Positions 48,701-56,130 of a stretch of 64,000 bases of DNA are shown in pieces; the first letter of the stretch is position 1; every line of letters begins with the position of its first letter. Made by a program: the position numbers and the translations under genes. Origin of the DNA: a bacterium. Its GTDB lineage: Bacteria > 4484-113. The stretch is taken from positions 5,923 to 69,922 of the forward strand of contig JAGGTK010000033.1 in NCBI GenBank assembly GCA_021163765.1. Reading direction: 5' to 3'. Below the pieces are notes generated by a model that saw only the letters and a list, made by a program, of their open reading frames with translations, was not told where the DNA came from and made no database searches.

Positions 48701-49700
48701 TCGTGAGCAGGTTGTTCTTCAGCGCCTCCTCGTAGGCCATCAGGGCTTCGTTCGAGAAGTTGCCTTCTTCTGCGAACGCCTGGGCGAGGAATGCCAGGAC
48801 GTTCTTGTTGAAGTAACCTGCGCGGAACACGAGCAGCAGGAGCCGCTTCTTGTCGAGAAACTCCTTCCTCGTTCGCAGCAGGTACGCCGCAAGGTTCTCC
48901 AGTATGTCGTGGCGCGGCAGTTTCTTTTCAAGCGCCTGGTCGATATAGCCGACGGTGCCGGGAGTGATCTCGTGCTGCTCCACGTAATATTCCGCCAGCA
49001 GGCGCAGCGCATCGTCGTTTTCGCGCCCGGCTTCCAGCAGGTCTCGGTATAGCTTCGCAGCGAAGTCGCTCCGTTCATTGTTGGCTATCAGGTGCTTCAG
49101 CAGGATTTCCACCAGCTTCTCGTCGTGCTTGCGCGTTGGATACGCTATGCGGTAAATCTCGACGGCTTCGTCGTCCTCGCGCCCCTGGGAAAGGAATCTG
49201 TCGGCAATAAGGCTGCTTCCGCCTTTCCAGAGGGTAAAGGCCTTGCTGGCTTCCACAACGAGCTCGAATTCGGTATCGGTCAGCACAGCGTCGCCGTCGC
49301 CCACCAGTTTTTTCGCGTAGCTCAGCAGGAATCCTTTCTCGTCCGCGGTGTGCTTGGCAAGATCCAGGATATAGTCCGTCGCCTCCGGCGAAACGAGGTC
49401 CATTTCCTCAATGAGGATCGCGCCCTCGCGCAGCAGTGATTCGTTGTGCTTGGCTTGGTGGGAAAGCTGGTAATGCTCCAGGGCTCCGGGGTCTTTCAGC
49501 TTTGCGAGACAGCGGCCCCACTGTGCGTGGAGTTCGGCGTATTCGTCAATCTTGTCCTCGGGCGGAGGGGAGGGCATTTGCTCGGCAAGCTTCTCTATCA
49601 TACGCAGGGCGTCTTCGGTTTTGCCCTTGCGCAGCAGATCTGCCGCCCTTTTCAGGGACGCGCCTCCAACAAGCCCCGATAGAACGCGAAGTATCCCCAT
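45726..49700 (-). CDS. 1324-aa TPR-like repeat protein with C-terminal J-like domain (HPD replaced by DPE)
   Basis: All-helical repeats; YWILGLDKTATKGQIEKSYFRLVKIFDPERHASDFMLLEDAYANLTD at 45972-46115. Confidence 0.85.
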   Translation of the reverse strand: MGILRVLSGLVGGASLKRAADLLRKGKTEDALRMIEKLAEQMPSPPPEDKIDEYAELHAQWGRCLAKLKDPGALEHYQLSHQAKHNESLLREGAILIEEMDLVSPEATDYILDLAKHTADEKGFLLSYAKKLVGDGDAVLTDTEFELVVEASKAFTLWKGGSSLIADRFLSQGREDDEAVEIYRIAYPTRKHDEKLVEILLKHLIANNERSDFAAKLYRDLLEAGRENDDALRLLAEYYVEQHEITPGTVGYIDQALEKKLPRHDILENLAAYLLRTRKEFLDKKRLLLLVFRAGYFNKNVLAFLAQAFAEEGNFSNEALMAYEEALKNNLLTKRITLVLTEHFLSEDRRDEFACKVYEHYLGSWPERRTPRLYSLLAATYVEKKRIDEQAQVIYEKSLVHDATNTDILPLLAASYLTFETRQPKAYSVYERAFPYISDTDIRNRIALLMAEHRIEDGNYDKRTLEYIELALQSATGTRKEKLHEARTKCFLTLNRRDKEAVEIYLELYKKLGDARTQDVKLIGILSDILIEQPEEVAAEENLRRQIFYERFESEKFSCPANIAFYLLDHVLNHNQEYKYRLHLAVRCLEADSARLADELKKAGELDVLQQIGHFYLERYNYELAARAYSVANEYHHTEENDYQLAKIRLYEDKTEQAFALLDTVKSQEKASYVLYWRAAAYQQENKPEKASPLIKKLELDGDAVPEVLIKLRKGLNAELLGDYGDAVELYNELLENPGGLPYRRWVDIEIGLALWRMGATAEARRKLGEVYRYNPNGRAEQRNYSYILVLHGYEQIQQGEWDDALNSFLESVEANRNDRMLRSVIVELLVNYAKRFFFDSDYEMAVKILEVAHRILPKSIEAKIYLAYSYHLLNKYSQALIYYRDITWTTDMPTFERSQAYCYLQNKQTRKAWRVFLDLKRRGTLIAANIPLLLDTYLADEEQEGSETFKEFEFPEDAKSPIPFAAFYIHDGQYERALDLLTKHAKGEHQTMQRLWFQGKAAAKKGDRTLAITYWKQLLDASQARQTHDETKLAQLLEIGLAFLEAGYAQEAMETWEDLKKFDENFQHLPKLWAYTLNLNAYTLAQKGNIKLAIAEWEKATEYDPDNLAIIQNVAIAHMSVEDFDLSALHWRRLMNRWRVMVERDPQSHAHLTVAIGEVERLLSDVFVVKTQEADEVYIAKTEEMVDYYRRANEFYWILGLDKTATKGQIEKSYFRLVKIFDPERHASDFMLLEDAYANLTDQHKRERIDIFAYNPVDAGRLRQMVLGDRRVSSVFEDLNLRVKVPGPDYSQLEPDDTPPETIIAKLADSIQIYFKLGDISVL

Positions 49701-49724
49701 TTGGTGTGTTTCCCTGGAAATAGC

Positions 49725-49733
49725 ATTATATCA
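49725..49733 (-). promoter_or_regulatory. Extended -10 element upstream of the TPR-J/GrpE/Hsp70 operon
   Basis: TGATATAAT on the minus strand about 25 nt before ATG 49700; no clear -35 and no CIRCE seen. Confidence 0.4.
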
Positions 49734-49824
49734 GATAGCGGGTCGTCAGCGGGGATGAATATGCGCGAATCCTCGCCTGTTTGCCACAGGCAGGCCACGC
49801 AGGCTGGCTGTTTAAGCCATGGAG

Positions 49825-50787
49825 CTAGTCGAAAGACACGTTTATGCTGGCCACGCCCGAAGTGATGCTCAGGTCCACAAACGGAGTCCCAGGTTCGTAG
49901 TCTTCGCTGCACCAGTATCCGTCGGTTTTCGTAAGGCCTGCCTTCGTAAAATTCGTTGAGGAAAGTGCGCTTTCGGTTTCTATCCGCAGCGGCGTGCCTT
50001 CGGGGAAGGCGAGGTCGAGGTCCGACGCTCCCAGGTCGATGTCGACCGTATAGCCCTCAGCGTCCGGCGCGGGCAGAGATGCGTCGATGGAGGCAGCGCC
50101 TGCGTCAATGTCGAGGTGGGAAAGCAGCATATCCTCCAGGTCGAGTTCGCACGCCGACGCGCCAACATCTAGGTCAAGGGACAGAGGTATGCCCACCGGA
50201 AGCTGGACGTTCCATTTCTCCTTGAAATTGCCCCATTTGCCTTGGTAGTGCGGCGACGCCGCGTACATCTTGAGCGTGTTGCCGTCCAGCTCGAAGTTCA
50301 CCGTCGGCTCGCCCGTATTCGCCCTGATTTCCACGCCGATATAGGCGTCCTCAGAAGAGGATTCAACGTCAAGGCTCGCCGCTCCCAGGTCAAACTCCAC
50401 ATTCAGCTCGTGGACATCCTCGGTGCTCTCGTAGTCGTATGCGTATTCGGTCATATCGCGGGATTCTGGTGCGGTAAGGCCTATAAACTTCGGCAGGTGC
50501 CAGCCTCCGCTCTCGTTATCCACCGGCGCCCACGTCGCTGCGTACGCGAAGGCCAGTATGAGTATCACCGGCGAGAGGTAAGAGATAAACTGAAGGCTCG
50601 TATTGCGCAGGATGATGTTCAGGCCCCAGACGATGAGCAGCACCGGCCAGAGACGCCACACGTTCACCCAGACGTCGCTGCTGAGATACCCCGTGTTTAC
50701 GCCCAGCAGCGTCACTCCGATGAGCAGGATAAGCGTGCCCCAGAACAGGCTGTTTACGATGTCACCTTTCTTGTGTGGATGAGTCAC
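49825..50787 (-). CDS. LiaF/LiaI-like TM domain + toastrack (DUF2154/DUF4097-like) beta-domain protein
   Basis: LFWGTLILLIGVTLL...WRLWPVLLIVWGL; beta-repeats ELNVEFDLGAASLDV, LDLDVGASACELDL. Confidence 0.78.
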   Translation of the reverse strand: MTHPHKKGDIVNSLFWGTLILLIGVTLLGVNTGYLSSDVWVNVWRLWPVLLIVWGLNIILRNTSLQFISYLSPVILILAFAYAATWAPVDNESGGWHLPKFIGLTAPESRDMTEYAYDYESTEDVHELNVEFDLGAASLDVESSSEDAYIGVEIRANTGEPTVNFELDGNTLKMYAASPHYQGKWGNFKEKWNVQLPVGIPLSLDLDVGASACELDLEDMLLSHLDIDAGAASIDASLPAPDAEGYTVDIDLGASDLDLAFPEGTPLRIETESALSSTNFTKAGLTKTDGYWCSEDYEPGTPFVDLSITSGVASINVSFD

Positions 50788-50791
50788 TGCA

Positions 50792-51226
50792 TTACCTCCC
50801 GTTTCCAGCGCTGAAGCCGTTTTTGAAAACTCCGGTTATCGTGAGGAATCCGAGCACGAGCAGCGCCAATGCTACCGCCAACTGCACAACGAGCGAGGTG
50901 GCGGTGGATCCCAGGAGCGCGAAAACGCCGACTACCAGAAGCACGATGCCGACGAAAAGCCCCCGGTGCTGCGGCGTAACTTCCCGCTTTGCCCGATGCC
51001 TGTGCTCGCTGTCCCAGGTCATATCCGAGCGTTCGGCCGGCACGAGCATCCACGCCAGGACGTAGATGAGCAGTGCGACTCCGCCCGTTGTGAAGAAAAG
51101 CAGTAGCCATATAGCGCGCACGATCAGCGAGTCTATATCGAAGTAATCCGCCAGCCCGCCGCATACGCCGCCCAGGATCTTGTCGCTCTGCGACCGGTAA
51201 ACCTTTCTTTTAGTTCCTGCCGCCAT
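50792..51226 (-). CDS. pspC: PspC-domain membrane protein
   Basis: YRSQSDKILGGVCGGLADYFDIDSLIVRAIW...LLIYVLAWMLVP. Confidence 0.88.
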   Translation of the reverse strand: MAAGTKRKVYRSQSDKILGGVCGGLADYFDIDSLIVRAIWLLLFFTTGGVALLIYVLAWMLVPAERSDMTWDSEHRHRAKREVTPQHRGLFVGIVLLVVGVFALLGSTATSLVVQLAVALALLVLGFLTITGVFKNGFSAGNGR

Positions 51227-51230
51227 TGCC

Positions 51231-52388
51231 TTATCGCCTTCTGATGTTGAGTTTCGCCGCGTTGTTTTCCAGATGCATCCGTACCTTCCGCGGGTTGCTG
51301 TCGAAGTCCTCGCTATAGTAGTGGTCGTTCACGCGCCGGGGCAGCAGATCGGTAACGTTGTGCCTGCCCACATTGCTGTCCACCGTGGCTTCGTAGGCGA
51401 AGTCCGCAGGGAGAACCAGGTCGAACTTGGCGGCGTTGTTGTCAATTCGCAGTGTGGCCTCGTTCTCGCGGGAGCCGATGCGGACCTCGCTGGCGGCTGC
51501 ATTGTTTCCCATTGCGAGTGATGTCAGGCGCAGCTTGCTGAAATCCAGGTTCGCCTTGGCCGCGTTCACGTCGCAGTTCATTGTAAGGGGCAGCTCGCCG
51601 TTGAGCTTAAGGGTCCATACGGTGCGCACTCCAAACATGCGAACGGAGCTCTTAAAGTGCGCCTGCTCTATCTTGAGCCGCGCTACCTTCACGCCGTCGG
51701 TTTCTTCCAGCGAAACATCAACCTGCGGCTCTACGTCGGAGCCCGGCCCCGTGTCAATCTCGAACAGCTTGTCGGTGTCCCCGGCAAGCTCCAGCTTGCC
51801 CGCGTTGAAGTCCAGGTCGCAGATCAGTCGCTCCGCGCCTTCAGGCACGTCCGCGAGGAAGTGGGCGCTCCGGTCGCGGTACTCTCCTTCTACGGCAGCA
51901 GCGGCGCTTTCTTCCCGCGCTTCGGATTCGGGCCGTTTCGTTTCGTCAGTCATTTCAACACCTCCCGGCTCAGATGATGCCGCGCCAGCCTTGGAAGTTC
52001 CATCTGCGGTTTCATCTCGGACCGCGTACTTAACGTTCTTCACTTCCTGCGCAGAAGCGCCCGTTTTGACCTTGACCCGCTTTTCCCGCGGGTCGTGCTC
52101 CGTTGCGCTGAATATAATCAGCAATCCGACAACAATCAGCACCGGCGCCCAGAACCCCGTGTGGCTCAGGCCGAGAATGCTGGGAGCCAGCGCGTCCGCC
52201 AGCAGCACCAGGGCAACGACAATCAGCCCTCCCCGATACGCCGGGCTGAGCCCGTGCGCGAGAAGCGCGTAGACAACTACCAGCAAGGGCCAGAAGCGCA
52301 GCACGAGCGAGATATCCTGCACGATGACGCCAAGCAGCAATATGGCTCCAAGAATCACCAGCATTACGCCAAACGTGGTGTGTCTCAC
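51231..52388 (-). CDS. LiaF-like TM domain + toastrack beta-domain protein
   Basis: FGVMLVILGAILLL...RFWPLLVV; acidic linker; DLDFNAGKLEL, DVNAAKANLDFSKL repeats. Confidence 0.75.
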   Translation of the reverse strand: MRHTTFGVMLVILGAILLLGVIVQDISLVLRFWPLLVVVYALLAHGLSPAYRGGLIVVALVLLADALAPSILGLSHTGFWAPVLIVVGLLIIFSATEHDPREKRVKVKTGASAQEVKNVKYAVRDETADGTSKAGAASSEPGGVEMTDETKRPESEAREESAAAAVEGEYRDRSAHFLADVPEGAERLICDLDFNAGKLELAGDTDKLFEIDTGPGSDVEPQVDVSLEETDGVKVARLKIEQAHFKSSVRMFGVRTVWTLKLNGELPLTMNCDVNAAKANLDFSKLRLTSLAMGNNAAASEVRIGSRENEATLRIDNNAAKFDLVLPADFAYEATVDSNVGRHNVTDLLPRRVNDHYYSEDFDSNPRKVRMHLENNAAKLNIRRR

Positions 52389-53287
52389 TTCGCACCTCCT
52401 TGGTTCTCGTTCGCAAAGTCCAGCTCGACTTCGCCTCTCTTGTTGGCTTCGACCCGCCCGAGCATCTCACCGTCCAGGCCCATAAGCGCCAGCGGCTGCG
52501 AGATCCCGGTTATTGTGAGCTGCCAGTCCGCATGCTTAACGGTAAGCTTCCTTTTGGACCTCGTGACCTTTAACGAACCCACGCTGGCCGCGTCCAGCTT
52601 CATAAGCAGCGCGTTTTCCGAGAGCGCGAGCCTGATCTGCGGTTCCTCAAATCTCACATAGGGGACATTCCGGGGAAGCTTTAGCGTAAGCGCGCCTGGC
52701 GTCTCCCCGCGAAACGAGAGCGCGATGGTCTCGCTGTCAACGGGCGAAATATCGGGCGACTTCAACTCGCCGCTTCCCACCGCCGTGACGCCCAGCGTGC
52801 TCTTTCTGGACCGCCCGAAGTCAAGCGCGGTCTCGTTGCATACAGCGGGCACGTCAAGCGCCAGATCAATCCCGGTGGGAGATGCCAGTTCGCGGGTGAT
52901 GCTGAGCCTCACCGTTTCGGGCTTCCCGCCAACTCCATCGTCGTTATCCAGGCTTGCCGTAATACCTTTGGCTTCTTCATCTATTCCCTCGAAACTCTCG
53001 CCAATGCCCTCTCCGAGCTTTCCCATCTGTTCGCCAAACTCCTCGCCGGCCTTCCCCATGTGCTCGCCAAATTCGCCCATGCGCTCACCGAACTCGTCCA
53101 TGCGCTCACCGAACTCCTCCATGTTTTTTTCCATGTCCGACGCGATGCGCTCGGCGTGTTTGGCTGCACGGTCAGCGGCGTGTTCTGCCCGCAGCAAGTC
53201 AAAGGCATCGCCCCTAAACGCGCAGCGGTTGAATAACAGGCCTATTACCAGCAGGAGCGCCAGTACTGTTATATCTTTGAATGTCAT
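52385..53287 (-). CDS. Hypothetical exported protein with 7-aa amphipathic repeats
   Basis: Signal/TM segment; (E/G)EFGERM repeats; AGGAGG RBS; TGATG coupling to the upstream gene. Confidence 0.72.
   Translation of the reverse strand: MTFKDITVLALLLVIGLLFNRCAFRGDAFDLLRAEHAADRAAKHAERIASDMEKNMEEFGERMDEFGERMGEFGEHMGKAGEEFGEQMGKLGEGIGESFEGIDEEAKGITASLDNDDGVGGKPETVRLSITRELASPTGIDLALDVPAVCNETALDFGRSRKSTLGVTAVGSGELKSPDISPVDSETIALSFRGETPGALTLKLPRNVPYVRFEEPQIRLALSENALLMKLDAASVGSLKVTRSKRKLTVKHADWQLTITGISQPLALMGLDGEMLGRVEANKRGEVELDFANENQGGAK
53010..53135 (-). repeat. Imperfect 21-bp tandem repeats encoding EFGERMD/G heptads
   Basis: catgcgctcaccgaactc recurs at a 21-nt period around 53078-53123. Confidence 0.7.
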
Positions 53288-53856
53288 CAACGCACCTCCT
53301 TTCGGTGCCCGCCGGTGTGATACCAGATGACGAAAAGGCCGAGCGCGATGGTGACTATCGCAGCAAGGCCGGATGCCAGGTCGCGGGAGACTGTGTTGAG
53401 AGCCCAGATGATGTTACGCGCGAGCAGGGCGATGCCGATAAACAAAATCACCAGCCCCGCGAACTGCCGGAAATTGATGAGGGCGCGGCCCTTGCTTTCC
53501 TCCTCAACCAGCGGATAGAAGTAATCCCAGATGCTCACGCCGTACGCCAGGAATATGAAGACAGCCTCGCCCGAGAATGCGGCGAGGAAGAAGTACACCA
53601 GCAGCAGCGAGCCCTTGTAGCTTTCGCCTTTCAGCAACTGCGCCAGTCCGGGGAGCACCAGGCCCACCCAGGCGGGCGAGTCGTCGTGGGCCGCATTTTG
53701 CGCACCGTTCGCGCGGGCACGCTCTTCTCGCTGCAGGCATCGCGGGCAGACAGCCTTGCCGTTACGGGTGGTCCGGCAGTGCTCACAGATGGGCTTGCCG
53801 CAGATATCACAGCGCACGTCCGTTTCGATTTCGGGATGGTAGAAGCAACGGCTCAT
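53287..53856 (-). CDS. B-box-type zinc finger + multi-TM protein
   Basis: CFYHP...CDICGKPICEHC...CPRC followed by about 4 TM helices. Confidence 0.8.
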   Translation of the reverse strand: MSRCFYHPEIETDVRCDICGKPICEHCRTTRNGKAVCPRCLQREERARANGAQNAAHDDSPAWVGLVLPGLAQLLKGESYKGSLLLVYFFLAAFSGEAVFIFLAYGVSIWDYFYPLVEEESKGRALINFRQFAGLVILFIGIALLARNIIWALNTVSRDLASGLAAIVTIALGLFVIWYHTGGHRKEVR

Positions 53857-54398
53857 GCCACGGATACCTCCGGTTCGGTGGCGCTAGTGGTGCGCTCTCC
53901 TTCCTCTTCGTCCGGGCTCGGCGGCGCAAGCAGTTCGCCCAGGCTCTCCGTAAGTTCGTCTCTGCGTTCTGTCAGTTCGGTCTGGGCTTCGCCGCCGAGC
54001 TGCTCGACCCTGGTGCGCGTATCGGCGAGGAAGCGTGAAACCGGGGCCTGGAAATAGGAGAAGAGGAACAGCACGATGACGATTATCACGAGCGCTACCG
54101 CGGTTGCCTTTCGCGGTGAGAGGGCGCGGGACGCGAAGACCCGCTCCCACCAGGTCTGCTCGTAGCTTCTGAGCCGGAGCGCGTTCATCATTCTCAGCTC
54201 AAGCGTCGGGTCCTCGGCTTCCTCTCGCAGGTGCTCGGTGGTCAGCCGCCGCAGCGACTGCAGTTTGTTGAAGTACCCTTCCGCCTCGCTGTTTTCCGCG
54301 ATGAAATCGCTGACCTGCCGGGTTGTTTCCAGGTCGAGCTCGTCGTCGGCGTACTCCGAGATCAGCGTCTTGAGGTAATCGTTAAGCAACCCCGTCAC
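53853..54398 (-). CDS. Membrane-anchored anti-sigma factor (zf-HC2-like fold without Zn ligands)
   Basis: LISEYADDELD...FIAENSEA; one TM helix; overlaps the sigma gene 3' end. Confidence 0.75.
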   Translation of the reverse strand: MTGLLNDYLKTLISEYADDELDLETTRQVSDFIAENSEAEGYFNKLQSLRRLTTEHLREEAEDPTLELRMMNALRLRSYEQTWWERVFASRALSPRKATAVALVIIVIVLFLFSYFQAPVSRFLADTRTRVEQLGGEAQTELTERRDELTESLGELLAPPSPDEEEGERTTSATEPEVSVA

Positions 54399-54969
54399 CT
54401 CCGTCCAGGCAGAGGTCGAGAAGCCCGCCGGCTTCGACGATTTCCCCCGCCAGGTCTACCCACATCGTGCGGGCACGGGCCAGTCGCGAGCGCACTGTGC
54501 CGATAGGCACTCGCAGAGTCAAGGCGATCTCCTCGTAGTCCAGGCCTTCGATCTCGCGCAGCACGAGTATTTCCCTGTAGTGCTCCGGAAGCTGGCGCAG
54601 CAGCCTTCCGAGGATTTCTCTCGTCTCAGCGCTTCCCCTGTCGTCCTTGGTGGAAGCGAGCTGGTAGGAGAGGCTCTCCTCGCTCTCGTTTTGCGCTTCG
54701 CGTTTCAGCTTCCGGTTCATCATTCGGCACTCGTTAATCAGGATCTGCACCATCCAGGGCATGGCTCTTGACCGGTCCCGCAGCTTGCGCAGGTTGCGGA
54801 AGACCTTGAAATATGTCTCCTGCAGCACGTCGTCTGTCAGGCTGGGATCCCGCAGGTTCACCCGGGCGATGCGCTGGAAATGGCCGCCGGTAAGGCGGAT
54901 GAGTTCCTGCCAGCAGGTGTCGTCCCCACTGGCACATCCGATTAGCAACGACGACGGTATCTCCACCAT
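54382..54969 (-). CDS. ECF RNA polymerase sigma factor
   Basis: DDVLQETYFKVF, WMVQILINEC (region 2); LPEHYREILVLREIEGLDYEEIA...GTVRSRLARAR (region 4). Confidence 0.93.
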   Translation of the reverse strand: MVEIPSSLLIGCASGDDTCWQELIRLTGGHFQRIARVNLRDPSLTDDVLQETYFKVFRNLRKLRDRSRAMPWMVQILINECRMMNRKLKREAQNESEESLSYQLASTKDDRGSAETREILGRLLRQLPEHYREILVLREIEGLDYEEIALTLRVPIGTVRSRLARARTMWVDLAGEIVEAGGLLDLCLDGGDGVA

Positions 54970-55053
54970 TCCCGCACCGCGCCTTCAGGCTCGTCCTTGC
55001 CGGGTTTGCCATGCCGTTTCACCTCCACTGCAAAGACCGGACTCACCAGATAC

Positions 55054-55080
55054 GATGCAGTGACCCCCTCCGAAGTTCCA
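55054..55080 (-). promoter_or_regulatory. Possible ECF-type autoregulatory promoter
   Basis: Minus strand GGAAC, 16-nt spacer, GCATC (CGTA follows). ECF -35 elements typically carry AAC. Confidence 0.3.
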
Positions 55081-55177
55081 GAAGGCCGGAATCGAGGTTT
55101 TGCGGCTGAAAGCCCGAAGGCTTTAGGATTATAGGCGATGCAGGGGTGAGTGCAGGAGTTTATGCTAAAGCCGGGTG

Positions 55178-55247
55178 CAGCCACCTATCTAGGTGGCTGG
55201 CCTTCGTTCGCGCCGGCTTGATAGCCGGCGCCGCTCCTAATCGCCGG
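55178..55247. repeat. REP-like palindrome cluster (copy A)
   Basis: CAGCCACCT-atct-AGGTGGCTG and CGCCGGCT-tgat-AGCCGGCG hairpins; 55201-55232 matches 60400-60431 at 31/32; 55228-55247 is identical to 56044-56063. Confidence 0.7.
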
Positions 55248-55253
55248 CAGCTC

Positions 55254-55925
55254 TTACTGGATATCGCGCCACAGGTTTGCCCGCGCCGCTTTAGCCGCCC
55301 CCACCGCATTCCGCAGCCGCTCCACATACTTCACGTTCGGCGGGATGGTCAAAAGCTGCGCGTAGCCCCAGCGCGCAAGCTGCGCATTCACGAAAACGGG
55401 AGCCGGGTCGCCGTCGCCCTGCGCCCAGACGTAGGCCAGCAGCCTGCCGTACCTGTCGCGCCGCTCCACGTCAAACTCCAGCAGCACCGTCCGGTCCGCA
55501 AGCAGTGCCTCCAGGAACGCTCCGGCAGGCTTGCCGAACGGCTCGTTCTTGCCGCGCGTAATCTCCGGCGTGTCAATGCCGACAAGCCGCACCGACTCCA
55601 GCTTTCCCCTGTAGCGCACCTTGATGGTGTCGCCGTCCACGACGCGCACGACAGGCACTTCTACAGTCTCGGCTGGAGCGGTCGCAGCCCCTATGGGCGC
55701 GTCCGGTGCTGGAGGCTTGCAGACCTTGCACGGGCGGTATCCGCGCTCGACCGCGTCGGTGAGAGAAAGCGGCATCGCGGAGCTTCGCAGGCAGGAGCAT
55801 TCCGCGGTGTGGTAGCAGCTTCCGGTGCGCGTGATGTAGACGGTGACGTCCGAAGACAGCGCGCTGCCGGCACTGGTGAGTGCCAGAAATGCCAGCACCG
55901 CTGCGGCAACGATAATTCTACGCAT
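55254..55925 (-). CDS. Secreted thermonuclease (SNase-like) with N-terminal Ada-type metal-binding domain
   Basis: Signal peptide; VYITRTGSCYHTAEC...GYRPCKVCKP; VVDGDTIKV, VRLVGIDTPE, DRYGRLLAYV; GGAGG RBS before ATG 55925. Confidence 0.9.
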   Translation of the reverse strand: MRRIIVAAAVLAFLALTSAGSALSSDVTVYITRTGSCYHTAECSCLRSSAMPLSLTDAVERGYRPCKVCKPPAPDAPIGAATAPAETVEVPVVRVVDGDTIKVRYRGKLESVRLVGIDTPEITRGKNEPFGKPAGAFLEALLADRTVLLEFDVERRDRYGRLLAYVWAQGDGDPAPVFVNAQLARWGYAQLLTIPPNVKYVERLRNAVGAAKAARANLWRDIQ

Positions 55926-56026
55926 AACACGCCTCCCTTTTTGCGGAGCTTCCGCCCCCTCAACCAACTACCGCCCCTCCTGGCTCTCCATATAAGTATA
56001 CCGGAAAAGACCACCAGTCCCACCGG

Positions 56027-56063
56027 GTAGGCGGTGCTCACTAGCGCCGCTCCTAATCGCCGG
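56027..56063. repeat. REP-like palindrome (copy B)
   Basis: GTAG followed by GCGGTGCT-cact-AGCGCCGC hairpin, then the 20-nt sequence shared with copy A. Confidence 0.65.
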
Positions 56064-56130
56064 GCGATGATTGACTTCCATACAAACATTTGTTACCCTG
56101 TTATCTGTCTTATCTCAACGGGGAGGAAAG

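Noticed and set aside
55228-56063. Integron cassette or IS with target-site duplication
   Set aside because: No attC RYYYAAC/GTTRRRY ends, integrase or transposase; the 20-bp repeats are parts of REP-like palindromes
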